Positions 38,505-49,179 of a DNA stretch of 64,000 nt are shown in pieces. Position numbers and translations under genes: made by a program. The stretch's first letter is position 1; every line of letters starts with the position of its first letter. The notes under the pieces are model-generated. The model was not told the DNA's origin, did no database searches, and saw only the letters and a program-made list of their open reading frames with translations. The DNA is from Myxococcota bacterium (GTDB lineage Bacteria > Myxococcota_A > SURF-8), in assembly GCA_963674735.2 (NCBI GenBank), contig CAXXQS010000001.1, forward strand, positions 1,152,001 to 1,216,000, read 5' to 3'.

Positions 38505-39061
38505 CGCGATTTCCCCATGCCGAAACACCTAAGCTGAAGGCGCTGGTTTGGCTGTGCGCCTTGGGTTTTCTGCTCGGCGGGTTAGACGGCTGGGCCGCTG
38601 AGACGCCGGTCGGGTTTCGTTGGAATGCCGATCTGCCGCTGGAAGTGCGCGCCGATACACTCGAAATTGCGCAGGCGGGCGAGCGGGTGGTCTTTCACGG
38701 ACAGGTGCGCGCCGTGCAGCCCGATGTGCGGCTGGCCTGCGATACGCTGACGATCCGCGCCAACGATCGAGGAAATATCCAAGCATTGACGGCCGAGGGA
38801 AGGGTGGTGCTCACGCGCGCCGAGTGGCGAGCCGAGGCGTCCAAGGCCGATTACGATCACCAGGCCCAAACGCTCACGCTAACCGGTGCGCCGCGGGTCC
38901 ATTATCGCGGCAACCGCCTTCAGGGAAACCGCATTGTCGTGCATCTGACCGATGGCCGCGTAACGGTGGAGCAGGCCAAAGGACAGTGGCGCTTGGACGA
39001 ATCAACAGTCGAACCCAGTGGTTCACCCGTGACGCCAGCGGCCGCGTCCGGGAAGCCGTGA
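38501..39061 (+). CDS. lptA: LPS transport periplasmic protein LptA
   Basis: PLEVRAD.L, F.GQV...Q, A.KADYD, LTGAPRV, GNRIVV. Confidence 0.85.
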   Translation: MTRFPHAETPKLKALVWLCALGFLLGGLDGWAAETPVGFRWNADLPLEVRADTLEIAQAGERVVFHGQVRAVQPDVRLACDTLTIRANDRGNIQALTAEGRVVLTRAEWRAEASKADYDHQAQTLTLTGAPRVHYRGNRLQGNRIVVHLTDGRVTVEQAKGQWRLDESTVEPSGSPVTPAAASGKP

Positions 39062-39068
39062 GGCCGAT

Positions 39069-39911
39069 ATGTCCGTTTCAACGATTCCGATCGCTCCAGC
39101 ATCCCCCGCTCCCTGCCTGATATGCCGGGATCTTCATTTCACCTATGGTCGTCGTCCCATTTTAGACGGGCTGTCGTTGCAGGTTCCAAAGGCTTCCATC
39201 GTCGGCTTGCTCGGCTCAAACGGTGCTGGAAAAACCACGTGTATTCAAATTGTTGCCGGATTGCGGCAAGCCTCCTTAGGGTCGGTGGAAGCGTTTGGAC
39301 GAACGCTCGACGGCTTGTCGTTATCCCGGCGGGCTCGATTGGGACTGGGCTATCTGCCGCAGGAACCGGCCCTGTTTCGGCGGCTGAGCGTCGCCGATAA
39401 CCTGAAGTTGGTTCTGGAGGAATTCGGCTGGCCCAAAGACGAGCGTGACGATCGGCGGCAGGCGTTGTTGGCGCGTTTCGGTCTGGAACACCTGCGGGAT
39501 CAAATCGCCGGAAGCCTGTCCGGTGGAGAGCGGCGTCAACTGGAAATCGCGCGCACCATGGCCACCGATCCGCGCCTGATTCTGGTCGATGAGCCGTTTA
39601 CCGGGGTCGATCCGCTGGGTATTCGTCGTTTACAGGACGAATTGCGTCGTCTGGCCGATGACGGAGTGGCAATTTTGCTGACGGACCATAACGTTCGAGA
39701 AACGTTGAAGATATGCGATTTCGCTGTCATTTTGGACGGCGGCCGGGTGCTCTGCGACGGTCCTCCCGAGGCCGTGGCGCAGCATCCTCAGGCGCGTCGT
39801 TGTTACCTCGGACCGGATTTTACGTTGGACAGTCCGTCTGCATATGCTAAAATAATGCCAACAAGCGAAGATGAGGGCTTGGAAAGTAAAAGAAAGGACG
39901 ATTCGGGGTAA
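39069..39911 (+). CDS. lptB: LPS export ABC ATPase LptB
   Basis: GSNGAGKTT, GYLPQE, LSGGERR.LEIAR, DEPF.GVDP, TDHNVRETL. Confidence 0.95.
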   Translation: MSVSTIPIAPASPAPCLICRDLHFTYGRRPILDGLSLQVPKASIVGLLGSNGAGKTTCIQIVAGLRQASLGSVEAFGRTLDGLSLSRRARLGLGYLPQEPALFRRLSVADNLKLVLEEFGWPKDERDDRRQALLARFGLEHLRDQIAGSLSGGERRQLEIARTMATDPRLILVDEPFTGVDPLGIRRLQDELRRLADDGVAILLTDHNVRETLKICDFAVILDGGRVLCDGPPEAVAQHPQARRCYLGPDFTLDSPSAYAKIMPTSEDEGLESKRKDDSG

Positions 39912-39914
39912 TAT

Positions 39915-41408
39915 ATGGCGTTGAAGCTTGAACTCAACATGAAGCTAAGTCAGCAGTTGGTGATGACACCCCAACTGCAAATGGCGATCAAGCTTTTGCA
40001 GATGACCCAGATGGAATTAAACCAGATGGTGGCAAACGAACTGGTTGAAAATCCCACCCTGGACGAAAACGAAGACGAAAATTACATCCCCGACCCACCG
40101 ACGGTCGATAACGAGGGCAACGGCCAGGAACAGGCCCAGCCGGTGAGCGATCTGGGTGACAGCGATCAAATCGTGGCCCACGATTTGCAAAAGACATTGG
40201 ATGAGGCGCAGCCCAAGCAGCCCGAGATGGATTGGGACAACTACTTCGAAAGCTACATCGATGGACCATCCGACATCATGCCGCGCGATACCGGTGGCGA
40301 AGACCGGCCCGGTTTCGAAGAGTTTTACGCCAAAGAGTCCACCTTATATGACTATCTGATGTGGCAGCTCAAATTCTCGACCTTGCCGCGTGATTTGCAG
40401 GACGTAGGCGAGGAAATCATCGGAAACATCAACGACGATGGTTACATGGCCGATATCGGCTTGGAAGATCTGGCTCACCAGATGGAACGTCCCCTGAAGG
40501 AAATCGAACGGGTCCATCAGGTGGTTTTACGCTTCGATCCTCTGGGAATCGGGGCGCGTGATTTGCGTGAAGCGCTTTTCGTACAGTCGCGATTCGGTGA
40601 AAACCGCCATGCTCTGGCTAGCCAGATGATCGAAAAGCATTGGAATCTGGTTGCCAAACGCAATATTCCCCGCTTGGTGCAAACGCTGAAAGTAAGCCGT
40701 GCCGAGGTGGAAGAGGCCATGCGTGCCATCACCCGTCTCGACCCCAAGCCCGGCGCAAAGTATTCAAACGGACGCGCGGAGTACATCACTCCCGACATCT
40801 ACGTTTACAAAATCGGCGACGATTACACCATCGTGCTTAACGAAGACGGCCTGCCGCGACTGCGCGTCAATCAGTACTATCAGCGCGCCCTGCAGGATAA
40901 AAGCAGTCCGACTGAAACGCGCGATTACATCAAGGGTAAGTTGCGGTCGGCTTCCTGGCTGATTCGCTCCATTCAGCAGCGCCAACGCACCATTTACAAG
41001 GTGGCGGAGTCGATTATCAGCAAACAGCGTGAGTTTCTGGATGAAGGCGTCGATCGGCTCAAGCCGATGGTGCTCAGAGACGTAGCCGAGGATATCGGCA
41101 TGCACGAGTGCACGGTCAGTCGTGTCACCACCAACAAATACATGCATACCCCGCAGGGGATTTTCGAACTCAAATATTTCTTCAATAGCGGTATCGTCAA
41201 CAGCGAAGGCGAAGGAATCGCCTCAGAGACGATCCGTACCAAAATCCGCCAGCTTGTTGAAAAAGAAGAACCGCGCAAGCCGCTGTCCGATCAGAAACTG
41301 GTTAGCCTGCTCAAGGCTGACGGCGTGGATGTCGCTCGGCGTACCGTGGCTAAATACCGAGAATCAATGGGTATATTGTCTTCTTCAGGCCGGCGAAAGA
41401 CATTTTGA
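39915..41408 (+). CDS. rpoN: RNA polymerase sigma-54
   Basis: MTPQLQMAIKLLQ N-terminus, RpoN box ARRTVAKYRE. Confidence 0.98.
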   Translation: MALKLELNMKLSQQLVMTPQLQMAIKLLQMTQMELNQMVANELVENPTLDENEDENYIPDPPTVDNEGNGQEQAQPVSDLGDSDQIVAHDLQKTLDEAQPKQPEMDWDNYFESYIDGPSDIMPRDTGGEDRPGFEEFYAKESTLYDYLMWQLKFSTLPRDLQDVGEEIIGNINDDGYMADIGLEDLAHQMERPLKEIERVHQVVLRFDPLGIGARDLREALFVQSRFGENRHALASQMIEKHWNLVAKRNIPRLVQTLKVSRAEVEEAMRAITRLDPKPGAKYSNGRAEYITPDIYVYKIGDDYTIVLNEDGLPRLRVNQYYQRALQDKSSPTETRDYIKGKLRSASWLIRSIQQRQRTIYKVAESIISKQREFLDEGVDRLKPMVLRDVAEDIGMHECTVSRVTTNKYMHTPQGIFELKYFFNSGIVNSEGEGIASETIRTKIRQLVEKEEPRKPLSDQKLVSLLKADGVDVARRTVAKYRESMGILSSSGRRKTF

Positions 41409-41423
41409 AAGCGAGGCCGCGAA

Positions 41424-41885
41424 ATGCCTGTCACGATAAAGGATTTGCTCGATACGGCGACGATCGACGCAAACCTGGAATCGTCTTCGAAAACGGAAGT
41501 CATCGAGGTGCTGAGCCGTCTGTTGGTGGCGGCGCACCCGTTCCTGGATGCGGTGGATGTCGCTAAAAGGATTCAAAAACGCGAACAACTCGGTAGTACC
41601 GGTATCGGTGGCGGCGTTGCCATTCCGCATTGCAAAGCGCCGGGCCTCGACCGGGTGGTTTGTTGTTTCGGACGGAGCGTCAAGGGCATCGATTTCGAGT
41701 CGGTCGACGGCAAACCGGCCCACCTGTTCTTTCTGCTGGTCGCACCCGAAGACGCGGCGGGCACTCACCTGGAAGCGTTGAAAACCATTTCCATGTTGTG
41801 CCACCAACCCGCTTTTATCGAGCGGGTGATGGCGGCGGAAGATGCCGAAGGCATTTTCGAAGTCATGAAAGCGGAAAGCCCATAA
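41424..41885 (+). CDS. ptsN: PTS EIIA (Ntr/Fru type)
   Basis: REQLGSTGIGGGVAIPH, DFESVDGKP. Confidence 0.9.
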   Translation: MPVTIKDLLDTATIDANLESSSKTEVIEVLSRLLVAAHPFLDAVDVAKRIQKREQLGSTGIGGGVAIPHCKAPGLDRVVCCFGRSVKGIDFESVDGKPAHLFFLLVAPEDAAGTHLEALKTISMLCHQPAFIERVMAAEDAEGIFEVMKAESP

Positions 41886-41906
41886 AAGAATAGTGAAGGA
41901 GCGGCC

Positions 41907-42875
41907 ATGATCCTGCTGACGGTCGGAGACCTGCTGGAGATCAAGGATCAGCCCATGGGGCTGAAGCTGCTGGCGGGTGATGCCGGTCTGGGTCGTCGTA
42001 TCAGCCAATACCGTATTCAGAAATCCGGTCTGACGCTGACGGGGTTGTACGAGAACGTCCACGAAGGGCGTATTCAACTTCTCGGCCAGAACGAAATGGA
42101 CTACCTGGATTCACTCCCCGCCCTGCGCCAGAAGGAAGTGTTGAAGGGCGTGGCCGGCAAAGGGGTTCCCTGCTTCATCGTCACTCGCGGACTCAAACCG
42201 CCTGCGGCCCTGCTGGAGCTGGCCGAGGAAGAGGGAATTCCTGTTTTGCAGAGCGACGAGATTTCGTCCGCTTTCATCATTCAGCTTCATCATTTCCTTG
42301 AATTCAACCTGGCCGCCTCGACCACCGTGCACGGTGTTTTCATGGACGTGCTCGGGGTCGGCGTGCTGATTATCGGCATCAGCGGCGTGGGTAAAAGCGA
42401 ATGTGCTTTGGAACTGTTGTTGAAGGGGCACAAACTGGTAGCCGATGATGTGGTCCAGGTCCGTCGCGCCCATGCCAACGTCTTGTGGGGGAGCTGTTCC
42501 CCGGTGGTGCAGCATCACATGGAAGTGCGCGGGCTGGGTATTCTCAATGTCGCCGCTTTGTTCGGTGTGACGGCCGTGCGCGAACGCAAACGCATCGAGG
42601 TCGTGTTGGAATTGGTGGAATGGGACGGCTCGGTCGAGTACGATCGCCTGGGCCTGGAACACAAAACCTATACGATTCTCGACATCGAGGTGCCGCTGTT
42701 GACGGTGCCTGTCTCTCAAGGGCGGAATACGGCAGCCATTGTGGAAGTGGCCGCCCGCAACTTCCTTTTGCAGGAAAAGGGAATCGACACGGCCTTGAGC
42801 TTTCAGAAGAAAATCAATGCCGATCTGATCCGCAAACGATTGCGAGGCAACCCAGTCGATCGCGAAAAGAACTGA
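41907..42875 (+). CDS. hprK: HPr kinase/phosphorylase
   Basis: HGV, GISGVGKSECALEL, LVADD, EVRGLGI, GRN.A.IVE.AARN. Confidence 0.97.
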   Translation: MILLTVGDLLEIKDQPMGLKLLAGDAGLGRRISQYRIQKSGLTLTGLYENVHEGRIQLLGQNEMDYLDSLPALRQKEVLKGVAGKGVPCFIVTRGLKPPAALLELAEEEGIPVLQSDEISSAFIIQLHHFLEFNLAASTTVHGVFMDVLGVGVLIIGISGVGKSECALELLLKGHKLVADDVVQVRRAHANVLWGSCSPVVQHHMEVRGLGILNVAALFGVTAVRERKRIEVVLELVEWDGSVEYDRLGLEHKTYTILDIEVPLLTVPVSQGRNTAAIVEVAARNFLLQEKGIDTALSFQKKINADLIRKRLRGNPVDREKN

Positions 42876-42893
42876 ACCCGAGGGGAGGGCGAC

Positions 42894-43751
42894 GTGCGCA
42901 TTATCATCGTGACGGGATTGTCGGGAGCCGGAAAGACCACCGCGATCCGGGCCTTTGAAGATCGTGGTCTCTTTTGTATCGACAATCCGCCGGTGACGCT
43001 CATCCCGGATCTGATCAAATCGATGGATAGCGCCGACAACCCGGTCGATACCGTCGTTTTGGGAATCGATACGCGTGAATTGAGCTTTCTGGCCGATTAC
43101 GGCCGGGTAGCTCTCTCGCTTAAAGAGGCGGGGCATCGCCTGGAAATCGTGTTCCTCGAAGCGCGCGACGAAATCCTGATTCGTCGTTTCTCGGAAACGC
43201 GGCGGCGGCATCCCCTGGCGGGAGTGGATATTCGTGTGGCCTTGGAGCGTGAGAAAGAGTTGTTGAGTCCTTTACGGGCGCAAGCGACGACCTTGATCGA
43301 TACCTCAACGATGACGGTGCATGAACTCAAACACCGGGTGCAGACCTTCGAAGACGCTGCCTCCGACAAGCGCACGTTGTCGGTGACGCTTATGAGCTTT
43401 GGTTTTAAGTACGGTGTTCCGCTCGAAGCCGATCTGGTGTTCGATGCGCGGTTTCTTCCGAACCCTTATTTCATCGAAAATCTGAAGCCGAAAACGGGCC
43501 TGGACGATGAGGTTTTCGACTATGTAATGGGGTTCGAGGAAAGCGGCAAATTATTGGATCACTTGGAAAGCTTGTTGATGTTTTCCCTGCCGCTTTTCGA
43601 GCGCGAGGGTAAAACCTATCTGACGGTGGCGGTCGGCTGTACCGGCGGCAAGCACCGCTCGATCTCGATGGTGGAAGCGCTCAACGCCTTTTTCAAAGAA
43701 AAAATGCCGGACTATCTGGTTTTTGTTCGTCACCGGGATATCACCCGTTAA
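42894..43751 (+). CDS. rapZ: RNase adapter RapZ
   Basis: TGLSGAGK, RRFSETRRRHPL, SFGFKYG, RFLPNP, GCTGGKHRS. Confidence 0.97.
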   Translation: MRIIIVTGLSGAGKTTAIRAFEDRGLFCIDNPPVTLIPDLIKSMDSADNPVDTVVLGIDTRELSFLADYGRVALSLKEAGHRLEIVFLEARDEILIRRFSETRRRHPLAGVDIRVALEREKELLSPLRAQATTLIDTSTMTVHELKHRVQTFEDAASDKRTLSVTLMSFGFKYGVPLEADLVFDARFLPNPYFIENLKPKTGLDDEVFDYVMGFEESGKLLDHLESLLMFSLPLFEREGKTYLTVAVGCTGGKHRSISMVEALNAFFKEKMPDYLVFVRHRDITR

Positions 43752-43778
43752 GTGGCGTTAAATGGACGGTGAAGCTGA

Positions 43779-44498
43779 ATGATCGGTATTTTGTTGATTA
43801 CACACAACAATCTCGGGGAAATCCTGTTGCAGAACGCGCAGCAGATCGTGGGCGCGCAGCCTCAGATTCGAGCAGTCTCGCAGCGGCCCGGCTCCAGCTT
43901 TCAGGTGTTGTACAACCGGGTCGGCCGTGAAATCGCCGAGTTGGATGGGGGGCAAGGGGTGCTGCTGATGGTGGACATCTTCGGCGGTACGCCCTCCAAT
44001 GTCGCGCAGGGCTTCGTCGAAGAGCGTCGCCACGCCATGATCACCGGGTTGAATATGGCGATGCTGTTGAAAGTGCTGGAGTCCGACCGCCAAAACCTTT
44101 CGATTGGAGAACTGGCCCGGGTCGCATCGGTGTCGGCCAAGAACAGCATCAAAATCCATGCCGGTCCGGCCTGTGAATTGGCGGAGCAACCCGAAGCGGC
44201 TTCGGACGATGAATCGCTGGGCCATATCGAGGAAGCGCAGATCGATGTGGAAGTGATGAACGCACTGGGGTTACATGCCTCGTCGAGTGCGAAGCTGGTG
44301 AAGGTCGCCAGCCGTTTCAAGGCAGAGATCTTTTTGGCGAACGAGGAGATGGAAGTCAATACCAAATCGATTATGGGCGTTTTGATGCTGGGAGCCGCCA
44401 AGGGGACACGCTTGACTTTGCGGGCCGTCGGAGACGATGCCAGGATGGCTTTGAAGAGTATCGGTGAATTGTTTAAAAGTAAGTTTGGTGAAGAGTAG
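43779..44498 (+). CDS. Fusion PTS EIIA(Man)-HPr
   Basis: ITH and VDIFGGTP (EIIA-Man), then NALGLHA and KSIMGVLML (HPr) in one ORF. Confidence 0.88.
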   Translation: MIGILLITHNNLGEILLQNAQQIVGAQPQIRAVSQRPGSSFQVLYNRVGREIAELDGGQGVLLMVDIFGGTPSNVAQGFVEERRHAMITGLNMAMLLKVLESDRQNLSIGELARVASVSAKNSIKIHAGPACELAEQPEAASDDESLGHIEEAQIDVEVMNALGLHASSSAKLVKVASRFKAEIFLANEEMEVNTKSIMGVLMLGAAKGTRLTLRAVGDDARMALKSIGELFKSKFGEE

Positions 44499-44507
44499 CA
44501 GGGGAGA

Positions 44508-46289
44508 ATGTCATTGAGCACGGAAAAGTCTGAAAAAGGCGTCATCCTGCATGGCATCGGCGTTTCACCTGGCATTCGGATCGGCCGGGTCGAAGCGATC
44601 GAATACGAAAAGCTGAAAGTCCCTTGGAGCGAACTGGCCGGAGAACAGGTCGAGTTGGAGGCGGCGCGCTACGATCAGGCTGTGACGCGGGCCATCGACC
44701 AGTTGGAACGACAAAAACGGCGAGTCAATCGTCACAGCAGCGAGGAACACTACTTCATTCTGGAAGCCCACCAGTACATGTTGAAGGATGATATGTTGGC
44801 GGCCGAGCCGTCGAAACTGATTCGTGACCATCACTTCAATGCGGAATGGGCGCTCAAAATCACTCTGGAACGGCTGAACGATAATTTTTCCCGGATGGAT
44901 GGCGAGATGGCGCGCAAGCGCATCACCGATCTGGCGGATGTCGGTAGGCGGGTGATGGAGAATCTGATGGGTGTGCGCCGCCGCGCGCTAAACGACATCC
45001 GGGCCGACTCGATTCTGGTGGCCCATACGATTACACCCGGCGATGCGACGCATTTCTATTCCCATCCGGTACGCGGATTCGCGTTGGAAGTCGGCGGAAA
45101 AGCGAGTCATATCGCGATTGTGGCTCGTTCGATGGAGATCCCGGCGGTGCTCGGACTGGAAAATCTGCTTACCGTGGCCAAGCAGGGCGATTGGCTGGTG
45201 ATCGATGGCTCACGCGGGCTGGTCGTTGTAAACCCGGACGCGGAGCAGCTCGATCGTTATCGCAAGAAGGAAGCCAGTTACGACGATTGGAACGAACGTC
45301 TGCACGTCAACCGTGACCTCCCGGCCGTTACCCAGGACGGCGTTCGTATTGTGCTGAAGGGTAACATCGAATCCGTGGAAGAAACGCCCACGTTGGCCGA
45401 GCATGGGGCGGAAGGGGTGGGGTTGTTCCGCACGGAATTCATGTACATGGATCGGACTCGTCCCCCCACCGAAGATGAGCATTACGCCTATTACAGACGT
45501 CTGGTGGAATCCTGCGACTGCGGGCCGGTGACCATCCGCACCATGGATATCGGAAGCGACAAATATCCGGCCTACTGGCCATACGTCGACGAGGCCAATC
45601 CGGCGCTCGGTTGCCGGGCTATTCGGGGCATTGCCCGCGATCGCCAGTTTTTCGTCGATCAGATCCGCGCCATCTATCGGGCCGGTGTGCATGGAGATGT
45701 CAAGCTGCTGCTGCCGTTCATTTCGGGGGTTGCCGAGGTGGATGACGTTAAAGTGTTACTTGAGGATGTGCTGAAAAACATGCGTGAAGAAGGGGCTGAG
45801 TTCAATCCGGATATTCCTCTGGGAGTGATGATCGAATTGCCCTCGGCCGCTATCGTTTCCGACCATCTGGCTACACGAGTCGATTACTTCTCCATTGGCA
45901 CGAATGATTTGATTCAGTACACGCTGGCGGTGGATCGGGATGCCGATCAACTTTCCACTCTATACAATCCCCTGCATCCCGCGATCTTGCGGATGATCAA
46001 GATGACCTGCGACCATGCCGCGCGGGTTCCGATCCCGGTGGCGCTTTGCGGCGAGATGGCGTCGGAGATGGAATACACCTTGCTGCTTTTAGGACTAGGT
46101 TTGCGTGAGCTGGATATGCCGGCCTCGGCCATTCCGTCGGTCAAGGAGATCATCCGGGCCTCGACCTTGGCCGAAGCGCGCGAACTGGCCGAACGAGCGT
46201 TGCTTTGCCAAACCGCCGACGAAGTGGAGGACGTGGTGTTCCCCTATATGGCCCACCGCTTCCCGTCTTTCTTCGAAGACATCGATTGA
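44508..46289 (+). CDS. ptsI: PEP-protein phosphotransferase enzyme I
   Basis: SHIAIVARS, GLFRTEF, NPALG.R, FSIGTNDLIQY, CGEMA. Confidence 0.96.
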   Translation: MSLSTEKSEKGVILHGIGVSPGIRIGRVEAIEYEKLKVPWSELAGEQVELEAARYDQAVTRAIDQLERQKRRVNRHSSEEHYFILEAHQYMLKDDMLAAEPSKLIRDHHFNAEWALKITLERLNDNFSRMDGEMARKRITDLADVGRRVMENLMGVRRRALNDIRADSILVAHTITPGDATHFYSHPVRGFALEVGGKASHIAIVARSMEIPAVLGLENLLTVAKQGDWLVIDGSRGLVVVNPDAEQLDRYRKKEASYDDWNERLHVNRDLPAVTQDGVRIVLKGNIESVEETPTLAEHGAEGVGLFRTEFMYMDRTRPPTEDEHYAYYRRLVESCDCGPVTIRTMDIGSDKYPAYWPYVDEANPALGCRAIRGIARDRQFFVDQIRAIYRAGVHGDVKLLLPFISGVAEVDDVKVLLEDVLKNMREEGAEFNPDIPLGVMIELPSAAIVSDHLATRVDYFSIGTNDLIQYTLAVDRDADQLSTLYNPLHPAILRMIKMTCDHAARVPIPVALCGEMASEMEYTLLLLGLGLRELDMPASAIPSVKEIIRASTLAEARELAERALLCQTADEVEDVVFPYMAHRFPSFFEDID

Positions 46290-46578
46290 TTCAGACGAAA
46301 TATGGGTGAGCGGATGTCCGTCCCCGCGTGTTTCGGCACGTCTGTCAACCTATGACGTTCAGGGGTTGGATGGAGCTGTTTGTGTATGCATATGAGACGT
46401 GTTTATGCGTGTAGGGTTAGCTGTTTACAAGTTTTACTACTTGATTTTTGATCTAATTAATGTATGCTATACGACCATAATCGATAGCCGCAGCAAAGCT
46501 CGGCAGCCACTTTATTACGGGGGAATGTCAGCGAAAACAGGTGTGTTTTCGTTTTGTGTTGATGTTTAACGGAGGATT

Positions 46579-49179
46579 GTGAGTGTTATGGACGCTTCTA
46601 GTTGGGTTGTTCTGAAGTTCGGCGGTACAAGTGTTTCATCCAGAGAGCGATGGGAAACCATTCGGGATATCGTACAGGATCATATTGAAAACGGACGACG
46701 GCCCTTTGTCGTTTGTTCGGCTTTATCCGGTGTTTCAGATGAGCTGGAAAGCCTGTTACAGGGCGTTATCGAGGGGAGTCACGAGGCGATTTTAGCTGAT
46801 ATCCGTCAACGCCATCTCGATTTGGCCGTTCAGTTGGGGGTTCAGCCTGAAAGTACCTTGCTTCCGCATTTCGAGCAGCTTTCGCGCCTCGTGATGGGAG
46901 CCTCACTGATTCAGGAAGTGAGCCCGCGTTTGCATGCCAAGGTGATGGCCTATGGCGAATTGTTGTCGACGAGTCTGGGGGCGGCGTTTCTCAATTGTTG
47001 CGGGTTGAATGTAGACTGGATCGATGCGCGTGAACATCTGGTTTCGGATAGCCGGAAACTGACACGCGCGCTTCAGCGTTATCTATCGGCGCATTGCCAG
47101 TTCACGCCGGACGACGTCATGCAAAAAGATATGGCAAGTCGTTCCGCTAACTGCATTCTCACGCAGGGTTTTATCGCCTCCGATCCCAACGGCGATACGG
47201 TTCTTTTAGGACGCGGCGGGTCGGATACGTCGGCCGCTTATTTTGCCGCCAAGCTTCAGGCGGAACGTTGCGAGATCTGGACGGATGTCGCCGGTATCTT
47301 CTCGGCCAACCCGCGCATGGTTCCCGAGCCGTTTCTGCTGAAAAGGCTGGATTACGATGAGGCCCAGGAAATCACCAGTTCGGGAGCGCAGGTGTTGCAT
47401 CCGCGTTGCCTGGACCCGGTGAAACAGTATCACATTCCTCTGCATATCCGCTGTACGCTCAACCCGAAGTTGGAAAGCACGGTGATCGGCGACTTCGACA
47501 GCTCCGACGAGGCACGTGTCAAAGTGATCGCGGCCAAGTCCGGGGTTACGTTGATTTCAATGGAAACCATGGGAATGTGGCAGGAAGTGGGTTTTCTGGC
47601 GCGGGTGTTCGACAAATTCAGCGAGCATCGTTTGAGTGTTGATCTGGTTTCCACCTCCCAGTCCAACGTTACGGCGTCCCTCGATCAGGTGGCCAATGCA
47701 CTGGATCCCGCCAGTATCGAGGCCTTACTTGAAGATTTGCAGGAGGTCTGTGCCGCGCGCGTGATCGGGCCCTGTGCGGCCATCTCGCTGGTGGGGCGCA
47801 ACATCCGCAGTATCATGCACGAACTGGGTCCGGCGCTGAAGGTTTTCGGCGAGCACAAAATCCATCTGGTATCCCAGGCCGCCAACGATCTCAACCTGAC
47901 GTTCGTGGTGGGCGAAGACCAGGCGCAGCGGCTGGTTCGTGAGCTGCATGCGCTGTTGGTGCAGAAAAAGCTGGAGGCTCCCAAGGAAAACCAAACCGAA
48001 GAACGCGAGATGGAGGATGATGAGGTTTCCGGTGCGCACGTTTGGTGGCGGAAACGGGCCGATGAGCTGCTGGATATGGCTCGGGACGAAAGCCCGCTGT
48101 TTGTCTACGATGAGGAAACGCTCGATGAGGCTGCAGAGTCCTTGTTGGCGATGTCCAATGTCGAACGGATCTTTTATGCCATCAAAGCCAACGCTCACCC
48201 GGATATTCTGAGCCGTTTTTACCATGCCGGGATCGGTTTCGAATGCGTTTCACCGGGCGAACTCGATCATATCGTTCGACTTTTTCCCGATCTTAAGGGG
48301 CAATCCGAACGTATGCTGTTTACACCGAATTTCGCTTCGGGTGAGGAATATCGGCACGGCTTCGAGCTGGGGGCATCGGTAACCCTGGACAATCTCTATC
48401 CTTTGGAAGCTTGGCCGAACCTGTTCAAGGGGCGGGAAATCTTTGTTCGCATCGATCCGGGGAAGGGTCGCGGTCATCACAAACACGTGAAGACCGCCGG
48501 GGAGCATTCCAAATTCGGCATTCTGCCTACCCAGATTCCGCGCTTGCTGGACGCGGTGAAAAAGGCCGATGCGCGTATCGTCGGTTTGCATGCGCATACC
48601 GGCAGCGGCATTTTAACCTATGACGCCTGGATCGATACCGCTCGTTTCTTCACCTCGTTGCTTGAACAGCTTCCCGATGTCCGTCATATGGATCTGGGGG
48701 GCGGCTTGGGGATTCCCGAACGGCCGGGGCAGCCGGTTTTGGATACGGTTGCAATCAACGAAAGTCTGAGACCGATTCGGCTGGCTTATCCCGAGGTGGC
48801 GATCTGGCTTGAGCCTGGACGGTATCTGGTGGCGCGTGCCGGGGTGTTGCTGGCCAAGGTAACCCAGGTTAAGGAAAAACGTGAGACGGCTTTTGTGGGA
48901 ATCGATGTCGGGATGAACACCTTGATTCGCCCGGCTCTATACGGAGCTTATCATCGAATCGTGAATCTCAGTCGCCTGGATGACACGCGTCGCGAAACGG
49001 TCAACGTGGTCGGGCCAATATGTGAAACGGGTGATACGCTCGGATATAATCGTGCCCTCGCGCCGTCCCAGGAAGGGGATATTTTGCTCATCGCCACTGC
49101 CGGTGCATATGGGCGCGTCATGAGTTCCAGTTACAATATGCGTCCCCCGGCTGCGGAAAAAATGCTGGCGCGACGTTAG
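46579..49179 (+). CDS. Bifunctional aspartate kinase / diaminopimelate decarboxylase (LysC-LysA fusion)
   Basis: KFGGTSV, LGRGGSDTSA, ACT domains; YAIKAN, SKFG, EPGRYLVA, GPICETGD, GAYG. Confidence 0.95.
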   Translation: MSVMDASSWVVLKFGGTSVSSRERWETIRDIVQDHIENGRRPFVVCSALSGVSDELESLLQGVIEGSHEAILADIRQRHLDLAVQLGVQPESTLLPHFEQLSRLVMGASLIQEVSPRLHAKVMAYGELLSTSLGAAFLNCCGLNVDWIDAREHLVSDSRKLTRALQRYLSAHCQFTPDDVMQKDMASRSANCILTQGFIASDPNGDTVLLGRGGSDTSAAYFAAKLQAERCEIWTDVAGIFSANPRMVPEPFLLKRLDYDEAQEITSSGAQVLHPRCLDPVKQYHIPLHIRCTLNPKLESTVIGDFDSSDEARVKVIAAKSGVTLISMETMGMWQEVGFLARVFDKFSEHRLSVDLVSTSQSNVTASLDQVANALDPASIEALLEDLQEVCAARVIGPCAAISLVGRNIRSIMHELGPALKVFGEHKIHLVSQAANDLNLTFVVGEDQAQRLVRELHALLVQKKLEAPKENQTEEREMEDDEVSGAHVWWRKRADELLDMARDESPLFVYDEETLDEAAESLLAMSNVERIFYAIKANAHPDILSRFYHAGIGFECVSPGELDHIVRLFPDLKGQSERMLFTPNFASGEEYRHGFELGASVTLDNLYPLEAWPNLFKGREIFVRIDPGKGRGHHKHVKTAGEHSKFGILPTQIPRLLDAVKKADARIVGLHAHTGSGILTYDAWIDTARFFTSLLEQLPDVRHMDLGGGLGIPERPGQPVLDTVAINESLRPIRLAYPEVAIWLEPGRYLVARAGVLLAKVTQVKEKRETAFVGIDVGMNTLIRPALYGAYHRIVNLSRLDDTRRETVNVVGPICETGDTLGYNRALAPSQEGDILLIATAGAYGRVMSSSYNMRPPAAEKMLARR

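Noticed and set aside
46290-46578. Lysine riboswitch before lysAC
   Set aside because: No L-box consensus or terminator/antiterminator recognised
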